64,000 nucleotides of DNA from Candidatus Bathyarchaeota archaeon (GCA_963832745.1 CAWHVC010000004.1:64001-128000); one strand, 5' to 3'. Shown: positions 52,915 through 61,539, numbered from the stretch's first letter. A program made the numbers and translations. Notes: generated from the letters alone by a model not told the origin.

Positions 52915-53057
52915 AATCGTTACAAAGAGTTTACTCTCAACCCCGTGTATATCTGCATTAAAATGGGTTGGCATCTGGTGACTTAGTCAATTCGTACCTT
53001 ATCTTTTCATATTTTGGATTTATTGCAGTGAAATTGCACAAATTATAAATTCTTTAT

Positions 53058-53925
53058 ATGTATAATGTGCATAAAATGCAACCGACTTTAACAAAGCCTG
53101 AGCGATCTCCTCAATCGTTTGGTAGTTGTGGTTTGGGTGATGTTGGTGTTTTGGTTGGTTTGGGTTTGTCTGTTAGGCAGGCTAAGGTTTATTTGGCGTT
53201 GCTTAGGGCGGGTGTGGCTAAGGTGCAGTTGGTTTCTGATTTGTCAGGTGTGCATCGTCAGGAAGTGTATCGTGTGCTTGATGGGTTGCAGCATATGGGG
53301 CTTGTTCAAAGAAAAGTCAGTAATCCTGCAACGTTTAGTGTTACACCGTTAAGTGAGGCGGTTAAGTTGTTGCTTGGCCAGAGGGCAAGTGAGCTTGATT
53401 TGGTGGCTAGGAGGGCTGAGTTGTTGGCTAAGCGTTTAGGTAAGGGGGTTGGTTTGTCGGGGTTGGAGTTTTCGCTTAGGCCGTGTTTTGGTACTATTGT
53501 TGAGGCTGATCGGGGTAGGCATTTTCGGGTTGCACTTAAGGGTGTGCATGAAGTTTTTGAGGCAGCTACGAGTTGGCGTCGTTTTAAACAGTTAAGCATA
53601 CATTTTGAAGCTCAACTGCTCAGTGCAATGCGGCGGGGCGCATCTGTTCATGTGGTAACCGAAAAACCCATCTGGGCAAACGCTTCCAAAATGGATCTCT
53701 GCTGCCCAAACCAAGTATCCATGTTTTGAACTACGCACCCTGCCAGCTCCGCCTGCGGCTGCAGTTACCATTTTCGACCACACAAAAGCAGCGATAGCCT
53801 ACAACCCCAACATCAGCTTAACAAAGGGGCCTGAACTTTGGACAGAAAACCCTACAATGACCACTTTGGCACAAGCATACTTCAAAACAGTCTGGATGCA
53901 ACCACTTGCTTTAGAAGAAAGTTGA
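53058..53925 (+). CDS. TrmB family transcriptional regulator; frameshift near 53675
   Basis: LGLSVRQAKVYLALL..SGVHRQEVYRVL..L...GLV; shifted frame continues VTIFD..A...LWTENP...LAQAYF..W to TGA 53925. Confidence 0.85.
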
Positions 53926-54172
53926 ACAATAAAAAATTGTTAGCACTACTGCTTCTAAGAAACAAGTTGACTAACACGGCTGATTATACCCTTTTTAGCA
54001 AAACAAAACCAATATTGCCAAGGCATTCATCTTGTCATTAAAAACATTTCAAGTTATAAGTCGTTTAACCTTAGACTTTCTATCTAAAATTTTTTATTTT
54101 AACCATAAAACTTTGTAATTAAAACTTAAATATCCATCAAATGCATAAGCATTTTTACATTCAGGGGATTGG

Positions 54173-54295
54173 GTGCCAAATTTGACAAGAATTGACAAAC
54201 TTCCGCTGTTAATAAAAATATTGGAAGAGCTAGAAAGATATGGCTTTGATGCGGTTATAGATTATGAGAATTGCAAGGTCCTAATACTTGATTAA
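54173..54295 (+). CDS. Possible 40-aa micro-protein MPNLTRIDKLPLLIKILEELERYGFDAVIDYENCKVLILD
   Basis: GTG start preceded by AGGGGA; protein-like composition; below the ORF-track cutoff. Confidence 0.4.
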   Translation: MPNLTRIDKLPLLIKILEELERYGFDAVIDYENCKVLILD

Positions 54296-54332
54296 ATGAA
54301 ACGTGCTCTTCTTGCCAAGTAAATGCCAAGGG

Positions 54333-54725
54333 CTAGTAAGCCGAAGAATCAAATATTTTGGAAGTAAAAAGTTCAATTTCTTTTTTGGATTCAAGAATGT
54401 TAGTAAGCAAAAGTTTGCCCTTGGGTGTCAAAGAGTAAACAGTCTTTGCGTTTTCATCCAGTTTCCTTTCTATAAACTGATCCTCTTCAAGAGAATGCAA
54501 AACACGATAAATTTCACTTACATTAAGTCTGATACCTTGCTTTTGTAAAATAATTTTTAGAATATCATAACCCGTTACTGGTTTCTTCTTGTTTAAAATC
54601 ATTAGACTTACGATGTTCAAATAATTTTTTAGAATTTTAGTCTGTATTTCTTTTGATTTTTTAGAGGCACCCTGTTTTGAAGATGTCGTTGTTTCAAGAC
54701 ATTTTTGATCAAATATGAGCGTCAA
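54333..54725 (-). CDS. PadR family transcriptional regulator
   Basis: GYDIL..I..K.GI.L..SEIY..LHSLE...I........YSLTPKG. Confidence 0.85.
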   Translation of the reverse strand: MTLIFDQKCLETTTSSKQGASKKSKEIQTKILKNYLNIVSLMILNKKKPVTGYDILKIILQKQGIRLNVSEIYRVLHSLEEDQFIERKLDENAKTVYSLTPKGKLLLTNILESKKEIELFTSKIFDSSAY

Positions 54726-55500
54726 GCTTCTCTATTACCCCCAGTAAGTCCATCACAAAGGGATGCTGCCCTTTTTCGATAGATAAGATACAGGTGCGTT
54801 TTGTTTGAAGAACATCACAGTAACAGGGAACTGCACCTATAACCGGTCGCTTGAAGGTTGACTGTGCTTGGGTTATCGCATCTGTTTTCCAATCACTTGG
54901 TAAATCAATGGCTGAAGGAAAAACTTTGTTGAGCAATATGACAGCTTTCTTTTCTATCGCATCATAAAGATCAACTAGGAGACTTTTAGTGCCTTGAGTG
55001 TCCAATGAATCAAGCGTTGTAACAATTATTGATAAATCTGAACTTATTGCAGCATTCACCGATGTATACTGGAAACCGGGACTGGTATCCAATATGCAAT
55101 AATCAACATTCATTTCATTGAATAATTGCGACCGTAGAGCGAGAAGTCTTTTAACTGCTGAAACTTCCCAAGCTCGACTCTTCTCAGTAATACTGCGAAT
55201 AGCCCCACCGTCAGGGTCTGAAAAACCAACCAATAATCTGCCACTTAATTTATACCTCGAGGACAAATCGACCGTTGCAACCTCAGCAGGACATCGACCG
55301 TCAAAATAAGAATTCAAGTAACAATCAATAGGTAACGCTTCCCCCCGTGAAAACACGCCTGCTAAACTTGGCGCTCTAAAATCAAGGTCAAGAAGTGCAA
55401 CATTCAAGCCTTTTTTTGCCATCAATGCAGCTAGATTTGTTGACAGAAGTGTTTTACCTGTCCCGCCCCTAGAAGAGTGAATCGAGATACACTTGCCCAT
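54709..55500 (-). CDS. MinD/ParA family ATPase
   Basis: SSRGGTGKT deviant Walker A, LDLDFRAPSL, LDTSPG, LNK. Confidence 0.9.
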   Translation of the reverse strand: MGKCISIHSSRGGTGKTLLSTNLAALMAKKGLNVALLDLDFRAPSLAGVFSRGEALPIDCYLNSYFDGRCPAEVATVDLSSRYKLSGRLLVGFSDPDGGAIRSITEKSRAWEVSAVKRLLALRSQLFNEMNVDYCILDTSPGFQYTSVNAAISSDLSIIVTTLDSLDTQGTKSLLVDLYDAIEKKAVILLNKVFPSAIDLPSDWKTDAITQAQSTFKRPVIGAVPCYCDVLQTKRTCILSIEKGQHPFVMDLLGVIEKLDAHI

Positions 55501-55502
55501 TA

Positions 55503-55934
55503 TTATTCCTCCTTGGATGCTTCAATGTAAAAATAAACTTCATGACCAACTCTTTTTTTCTTAAAAAAACCCAGACGGGCAAGCTCATTTGCAGCGGCGC
55601 TTTCTACAGCACGCATTCTGTTAGTTTCTTTCGCTAAATCATCAGCCGTAGCCTGCTCAAGCTTGTACAAAACCAACGCTGTTTTTCTTAGAGCCGCAGG
55701 TAATGACAGAAGCGCCATTGAATCAGGCTGGATTTCTATTTTTCCTTTTTTCCCTTGTAATCCAGTGGGCATTCTTTGCAAGATGGTCTCATTAATTTCT
55801 AGAATTCGTTCATTTATTTTTATTAATTTGTTTAATCTATCGTTAATCTGGTTAAGTACACTCACTGTTTGAAAAAGTGGTTGTTCCGACGTTTGTTCTG
55901 AACTCGAATCTTTTGTTTCAGGTGTGATTTCCAT
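55503..55934 (-). CDS. Coiled-coil plus winged-helix DNA-binding protein
   Basis: ATADDLAKETNRMRAVESAAANELARLGFFKKKRVGHEVYF; N-terminal heptad repeats. Confidence 0.75.
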   Translation of the reverse strand: MEITPETKDSSSEQTSEQPLFQTVSVLNQINDRLNKLIKINERILEINETILQRMPTGLQGKKGKIEIQPDSMALLSLPAALRKTALVLYKLEQATADDLAKETNRMRAVESAAANELARLGFFKKKRVGHEVYFYIEASKEE

Positions 55935-56048
55935 GTGTCAATACTCCAGATATGAGTGTATTTCTGTATATGCAAAAATACACTTTTAAATTTTGCCTTT
56001 CTCTGGAAAAGCTAAAAAACAATTACACAACAATGGATAACAGAGAAT

Positions 56049-57035
56049 ATGAACGCTCGCGAGCAACTTCAAAACATTCTTGAAACTTATGGCGCACACA
56101 ATGCATATCAGGCAACAAAAACCCTAACAACCTTAGACGTTCAAGAAAATCTCAAACCAATTTTTAATTACATATCAAAAACATGGCGCGACCCTTTAAC
56201 ACCGGCAATGATGAATCTATCCTGTAAAGTTGTTGGTGGCGAACCTGAAGAAACTCAAAAATACGCAATAGCTGTAAGCCTGCTAAACCTGAGCATGAGA
56301 ACCTGGGATGACGTTATAGACAAAACAACCGTAAGAAGCCTTAAAAAAACCACAGTTGGGGAAATCGGAGAGAAAAACTCCATCATCATTGGCGGGTTAA
56401 TATCTGCTAAAGCATTTCTTACCCTAAACCAAACAAGAATAAACTTAAAAAAAGAAGAAGCAATAGCAAAAATCTTATGGACCTATTTATCCACGATGTC
56501 AGAAGCCGAGATTATTGACAATGGCATTAAACCAGAATTTTATTTACCAAAAAATAAACTGCAAAAAATCAAGACTGAAGCAATAGGCTTAGAAACATGC
56601 CTTAGCATCGGAGGCATTGTTGGCAATGGCTCTGAAGAAGAAATAAACGCTTTAGGGAACTATGGTAGAATTCTTGGAACACTACTTGAATTATGGAAGG
56701 ATCTGCTAGTTTCTTTAAACCTGACAATGGAATTAGAACAAAAAATCCGGAACAAAAAATTGCCCTATTTTATCTTAAGAACCAAAAAATACAGTCTTGA
56801 AACACGAGAACTGCTCAAAAAAATGTCAAAAAACGATATTGAAGGCCAGGATATAGGAATCTTGGTTGAAAATGTTCTAAAGAATAACACAAAAATAATT
56901 AAAACTAAAGTTGAATCATTAACAACCCGTGGAATAAATCTCCTTGAACCATTTAGAGGCTGTGAAGAAAAAGAGAATCTGAAAAAAATTCTAAGCATTC
57001 AACCAAAAATATTTGATGAATGCTTAAACGGTTGA
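56049..57035 (+). CDS. Class I isoprenoid synthase/polyprenyl synthetase-fold protein with a degenerate second Asp motif (ComQ-like)
   Basis: WDDVIDKT..R first motif, KIKTEA, LGNYGRILG; second motif reads LWKDLLV instead of DDxxD. Confidence 0.8.
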   Translation: MNAREQLQNILETYGAHNAYQATKTLTTLDVQENLKPIFNYISKTWRDPLTPAMMNLSCKVVGGEPEETQKYAIAVSLLNLSMRTWDDVIDKTTVRSLKKTTVGEIGEKNSIIIGGLISAKAFLTLNQTRINLKKEEAIAKILWTYLSTMSEAEIIDNGIKPEFYLPKNKLQKIKTEAIGLETCLSIGGIVGNGSEEEINALGNYGRILGTLLELWKDLLVSLNLTMELEQKIRNKKLPYFILRTKKYSLETRELLKKMSKNDIEGQDIGILVENVLKNNTKIIKTKVESLTTRGINLLEPFRGCEEKENLKKILSIQPKIFDECLNG

Positions 57036-57043
57036 AATTTCTG

Positions 57044-57262
57044 TTAATATTCCTCAGGCCATTTTTGAGGACTTACCGACATAATGACGGAAACAACTGA
57101 GCTTATGTGAGCGCTGGGTATTTTGGCTTTTCTGCAAACTTTAACTAACGAATTTTTGTCGTTTTTGTTTACTGCAGCTTGAATTTCGCTTGAAAACTCT
57201 GGCTTCGATAATGTTTGAAGACTACTGGCAACGCCACTTATTTTTGTATTTAAATTTATCAT
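57044..57262 (-). CDS. 72-aa peptide, candidate RiPP/pheromone precursor
   Basis: SD-like GGTGG upstream; helical Nif11-like leader; C-terminal SPQKWPEEY. Confidence 0.65.
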   Translation of the reverse strand: MINLNTKISGVASSLQTLSKPEFSSEIQAAVNKNDKNSLVKVCRKAKIPSAHISSVVSVIMSVSPQKWPEEY

Positions 57263-57356
57263 TTAAACCCACCATATTTTAAATCATTTGATTCTGTTTT
57301 TAAGCTTTCTTAACAATTTAAAATACTTTAAATGCTCTTAGACGCTATCTCTAAAG

Positions 57357-58583
57357 ATGTGCCATAACATGCTTGGCCTTCCTGAAATTAGGACAAAAAT
57401 GAAGTTTTTTAACAGCAATTTTCTTGTAAACGTTTTCTTGTTCGCAAGCTTCTTCAGCTTTTATTACATTTTTTCACTCCATGTTATCCCTCAAGTTTTT
57501 GCAGCAAGCATTAGTTTGCCATTACAAGCTCTGTTTAGCTTTACCATAATTATTGCTTTACTTATGATTAGTCATTCTTTAATAAAAGCCAGCGAAAAAG
57601 AGCGCATAATAATTCCTTGTTTAAGCATTTCTATCTCCCTTTTAGGTTTATTTACTATTCCATTATTTGCCGTAAAATTGGCTTGTGTTTTGGTTATAGG
57701 TGTTGCATTTGCGGTGGGGCAACTTTCGGCTTATACATATTTTTGGCGTACGACTAAAGCTGAAGAAAGGGGGCGTGTGGGTGGACTAATCAGTTTCATA
57801 GGCTTGCCGATTTACTTTGTTGCCAGTAATCTTTTGGCTGCTAACTTTGGTCTTATTGAAAAAATTACTCTTTGTTTGTTTCTTTGCGGCTTAGCAGTTG
57901 TCTCTATTTCCTTCACAAAACCCCTGATTCTTCAGGAGAATAAAAATAAAGGTGGATACTATCCTGAGAAGCGAACAATCCTCTTATACTCAATCCCCTG
58001 GATCATTTTTACGTTCGTAAACGCCACCTTTGCTAAAAACATTTCTGAAATAACTTCAACACTAATTCTGCCCTCATTGTATAACCAGCTAATACTTATC
58101 CAAACATTTGCAGCATTAATAGGCGCTTTAAGCGGCGGGTTCATAGCTGATTATTTTGGAAGAAGGTTGACTTTGGTCTTAAGTGTCACATTATATGGCG
58201 TGAGCATGACATTACATGGAATTACCAGTAGTGAAGTTTTAAACTTTTTTGGATTTGCCGCTGAGGGTTTAAGCTGGGGCATTATTCTGACATTATTCGT
58301 GTTTGTGATTTGGGGTGATCTCGCCAATAAGGTAAATTGTTCAAGAATCTTTGCAGTCGGGTTATCAATTTTTTATTTTTTTACCGGTATTGGAATTTCA
58401 AACTTCTTTGTTATTGATTCATTAACAACTAATACGCTAATTAGTTGTTTGCTTATCTTTTTATCAAATATTCCGATTGTGCTTGCTCCCGAATTATTGC
58501 CTTCTGACACAAAAGAGAAAATGAGACTAAAAAAATACATGAAAAACGTAAAACAAATCGTTAAAGACACAGAAAAAAAATAG
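57357..58583 (+). CDS. MFS transporter
   Basis: About 12 TM helices, EERGRVGG, GGFIADYFGRR motif A. Confidence 0.85.
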   Translation: MCHNMLGLPEIRTKMKFFNSNFLVNVFLFASFFSFYYIFSLHVIPQVFAASISLPLQALFSFTIIIALLMISHSLIKASEKERIIIPCLSISISLLGLFTIPLFAVKLACVLVIGVAFAVGQLSAYTYFWRTTKAEERGRVGGLISFIGLPIYFVASNLLAANFGLIEKITLCLFLCGLAVVSISFTKPLILQENKNKGGYYPEKRTILLYSIPWIIFTFVNATFAKNISEITSTLILPSLYNQLILIQTFAALIGALSGGFIADYFGRRLTLVLSVTLYGVSMTLHGITSSEVLNFFGFAAEGLSWGIILTLFVFVIWGDLANKVNCSRIFAVGLSIFYFFTGIGISNFFVIDSLTTNTLISCLLIFLSNIPIVLAPELLPSDTKEKMRLKKYMKNVKQIVKDTEKK

Positions 58584-58591
58584 TTGACTTA

Positions 58592-59515
58592 CTATTTCAG
58601 CCTGAACAGGGAAACCTGCTTGATACTTTCCAGTCTACATATCCATTGCAAAGCACGTTCTACGCCCAAAGCAAAACCTGCCTGAGGTACACTACCAAAC
58701 CTTCTCAGATCCAAGTACCACTTTTGAGCTTCAGGGCTAATCTCAAGCTCTTTCAACTTATTTATTACGACATTTTTTTGTCTTAACATTTCTCCGCCGC
58801 TGGCAATTTCACCATAACCACCCGGAGCTATTAGGTCACAAGACAAGGTTAATTCTGGTTTGCGAAAAACAGGTTTATGAAAATAGTTTTCGCCATTTAG
58901 TGGAAACTCGGTGATGAAAAAAGGTTTTGTAAACGTCTTGCTAAGTTCACTTTCTTGAGACCAATCAATAGTCTCGCCCCAGAAAACCTTGAATCCTAAT
59001 TTTTGCAGTCTATTAATTGCTTCATCATATGTTAATCGACAAAAGGGTGGCTTAACTAGTTTTAACGTTTCAACCAAACTAGAGCCATTTAAAAATAATA
59101 ACTCTTCTGAAACATCTTCCAATAACTTGGAACATACAAAAGAAATCATTTTCTCCTGAAAATCCATAATTTTTTCAAAAGTAAAATTTAACGCAGACAC
59201 TTCCACTCGCCAAAACTCAATCAAGTGCCTATCCGTGTCATGTTCCGGTCGAAAAGTTGGTGATACAGTATAAATTTTATTAAACATCTCAAGGAAGCGG
59301 TCTGAGTAGGGCTGTAACCTTCCACTTAAATCCATTTTTCTATTTCCATAAGAAACCTCAAAACTAGCCTTTCCCTCAATAATTGGCACTAACAAGGGCG
59401 CTTGAACTTCTGTGAATTCTTGAGCTCCTAACCAGAATCTTGTAGATTCTAACATTTTTGCTCTTACTTTCAAAATTGCTCGATAGCGCTTCACGTCAGC
59501 GTAATCCAGTGTCAT
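58592..59515 (-). CDS. Class IIb aaRS paralogue (AsnRS/AspRS catalytic domain only, no anticodon-binding OB fold)
   Basis: FTEVQAP motif 1, PTFRPE..RHLIEF motif 2, DLIAPGGYGEIASGG, GFALGVER motif 3; only 307 aa. Confidence 0.85.
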   Translation of the reverse strand: MTLDYADVKRYRAILKVRAKMLESTRFWLGAQEFTEVQAPLLVPIIEGKASFEVSYGNRKMDLSGRLQPYSDRFLEMFNKIYTVSPTFRPEHDTDRHLIEFWRVEVSALNFTFEKIMDFQEKMISFVCSKLLEDVSEELLFLNGSSLVETLKLVKPPFCRLTYDEAINRLQKLGFKVFWGETIDWSQESELSKTFTKPFFITEFPLNGENYFHKPVFRKPELTLSCDLIAPGGYGEIASGGEMLRQKNVVINKLKELEISPEAQKWYLDLRRFGSVPQAGFALGVERALQWICRLESIKQVSLFRLK

Positions 59516-59622
59516 AAATAACTGTTGTCAAAAATCGTTTTTAAGTATTAACAAAAATAAAAATTGAACATTAAAAAAATTTAAATTCTTAAAGTTGTAA
59601 TTGCAAATAAGGGCTCGATTGA

Positions 59623-59793
59623 TTGGTCACCTGTCCTAATTGTGGAAAAGCCATTGAAAAACCAGAGAAAATAGTGAGCAACTCGTTTTTTGTTATTGCC
59701 GTTTATTCATGTGACCGCTGTGGAAACAAGTTTAAGGTATCCGTTAAATTCTTTTTTGTAAATTATCACTTGGTTTTCAAGTTCAATAACTGA
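59623..59793 (+). CDS. Small zinc-ribbon protein (Cren7-like shape); absent from the ORF track
   Basis: TTG start; VTCPNCGKAIEKPEKIVSNSFFVIAVYSCDRCGNKFKV. Confidence 0.6.
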   Translation: MVTCPNCGKAIEKPEKIVSNSFFVIAVYSCDRCGNKFKVSVKFFFVNYHLVFKFNN

Positions 59794-59979
59794 CAACCCA
59801 AAATTTTTTGTGATCGAGTTTATTTTTCTTCGAAATTCCTCATCCATGTTTGCATATATTTTGATTTTAAATCCTTCATTGACTGAATCATCGGAGCCAA
59901 ATATTGAAAATATCTCAGGAAGAACATCCGAGCGCAACAAAATCTCTTTTAGACAAGTTACGGCTTCGTTTCTCTTCAT
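59707..59979 (-). CDS. Small hypothetical protein, paralogue of 9587..9829
   Basis: MKRNEAVTCLKEI..GFKIKI..INSI..FGLSV..VIIYK. Confidence 0.55.
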   Translation of the reverse strand: MKRNEAVTCLKEILLRSDVLPEIFSIFGSDDSVNEGFKIKIYANMDEEFRRKINSITKNFGLSVIELENQVIIYKKEFNGYLKLVSTAVT

Positions 59980-60146
59980 TCAATTTTTCACATACCACGC
60001 TTTTGGTTCTTTAGCTTTTAAAATTTAGTAACAAAATTAACTATTAAAAAAAATATAACTTGCCTTTTGTTGACTGCAAAATTAGGCTAATCGAGCTACC
60101 GCATCCCGTGGAAACTGGGAATGAGCAGATTTATCTGGAAGTGTGT

Positions 60147-60159
60147 ATACATTATGTAT
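60147..60159. promoter_or_regulatory. Palindromic operator upstream of vapBC
   Basis: ATACAT-T-ATGTAT, 12 nt before ATG 60171. Confidence 0.5.
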
Positions 60160-60170
60160 GTGTGGACTGC

Positions 60171-60398
60171 ATGGCAAGACAAATTTCAGTCTCAAACGAA
60201 GTCTATGAACTCCTTTTGGAACGAAAAGGCAAAAAAAGCTTTTCACAGGTAATTAAAGAAAACCTTTGCATCAAAGAGGAAAAAGTTGACATCATGAGTC
60301 TAGCAGGCATCTTAAAAGATGACAAGGAAGAGCTTGAACGATTAAAGCAGCAAATAGCCGCTGAAAGAGAGGCAAATTACGGAAGGACATTTGAGTGA
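60171..60398 (+). CDS. vapB: VapB-type antitoxin (DUF217-like)
   Basis: RQISVSNEVYELL..K.KKSFSQVI; coupled to the PIN gene. Confidence 0.85.
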   Translation: MARQISVSNEVYELLLERKGKKSFSQVIKENLCIKEEKVDIMSLAGILKDDKEELERLKQQIAAEREANYGRTFE

Positions 60399-60770
60399 CT
60401 TTTCTTGATACAAGCGTCATAATAGATTTCTTGGCAGGAGACCAAAAAATTGTTGCATTAATACAAGAAATCTTAAAAAAAGAAGAGGTGAAAACCACAA
60501 CAATAACCGAGTACGAGCTGCTTAGGCATAAGACTAAAATAAAAAAACAAGCAGCTCAACGATTCCTCTCCGGAGCAACCGTCTGCTCTTTCGACCGAAC
60601 TGCCGCCCAAAAAGCTGCTGCTCTTTTTGAAGAACTCAGAGAAGCTGGAAAAATGATTAACGAAAACAGATTTGCTTATTGCAGGCATTTCCCTTGCTCA
60701 CGATGAGGTTTTACTAACAAGAGACCAAAAACTATCCAATGTTAACAAAGATAACATAAAAATGGTCTAA
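60395..60770 (+). CDS. vapC: VapC PIN-domain toxin; frameshift near 60667
   Basis: FLDTSVIIDFL, ITEYEL; shifted frame DLLIAGISL..LLTRD to TAA 60770. Confidence 0.88.
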
Positions 60771-60845
60771 TAATAATGTGCGCGGTTTGGCCGCTGGTGT
60801 GTTGGTCTACTATTTACTGAATCCCTGAAAAGCTCTATTGCGTTT

Positions 60846-61142
60846 TTAGTCTTTGCATTCTGCAATCTCTTGAGAGTTTTCCAACTCTTCCATAGATCTA
60901 GAGATTGTTACAACGTGCCCGACTGCTTGAACCATGCTAACTGGAATGCATATTGTGGAACTTCTAAATCGCTTCTTCATTCCAAAACTTTCAGCAGCAT
61001 CACCCGTAAGCTTAACGTTCAAGAATTTTATAACCCAAGTTTCGGCGTCAATTTTCGCGCCCTTTACTTCCCCAATAATACTTGCCCCAGAAGTTACTAC
61101 CTCTAAACCAATAATTTCTTCAAAATTTATCACATAAAACAC
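60846..61142 (-). CDS. PRC-barrel domain protein
   Basis: IIGLEVVTSGA.IIGEV....ID..TW.I..L.V; IPVSMVQAVGHVVTI. Confidence 0.85.
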   Translation of the reverse strand: MFYVINFEEIIGLEVVTSGASIIGEVKGAKIDAETWVIKFLNVKLTGDAAESFGMKKRFRSSTICIPVSMVQAVGHVVTISRSMEELENSQEIAECKD

Positions 61143-61539
61143 CTACATATAGATATGATTCGATTCAAAATATATTGTTTACCATTTTAGCACCAGTTAA
61201 CGGCGTAAATCAGCACTATTTTACTAAACGGATTAAAAGCTGAAGACAGCGTCCCCTGTATTCCTTGAGATAGAAAGAGGATTTAGAGGTCAAAGCGCTA
61301 CACTGATTCTTCAGAGTCTATGGGTAAATTATCCGAAGGTCAAGAGGAGTTAGGAACGATGAGAATTAGACGGGTGAGCTTGGTGTGTTGGTTGTAACCC
61401 GCCTTTGAGATTAGTAAATTACCTTCCTCACTCATCAAAAATCCCTATATTAGTTCTTACTGTTCTCTCTAGTTATAAGCTTTAATCACATTTGCTCACG
61501 AGTAATTAACCCTTAAAAAAGAAACGCATGGAGATTGGT

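Noticed and set aside
54709-55500. Plasmid or prophage partition system
   Set aside because: No ParB, replication protein, integrase or phage genes nearby.
56049-57035. Ordinary GGPP/polyprenyl diphosphate synthase for membrane lipids
   Set aside because: It lacks the GKxxR N-terminal motif, the RRG after the first Asp motif and the second DDxxD, and its context is not lipid synthesis. Not fully excluded.
3700-60770. Many split genes suggesting mass pseudogenisation or programmed frameshifting
   Set aside because: Single-base indels are scattered through unrelated genes whose motifs are otherwise intact, with no in-frame stops or shared slippery site. Long-read consensus error is the simplest explanation.
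61230-61440. Possible ncRNA or tRNA-like sequence (CTGAAGA..TCTTCAG)
   Set aside because: Only a 7-bp inverted repeat, with no tRNA cloverleaf or recognisable RNA-family motif.
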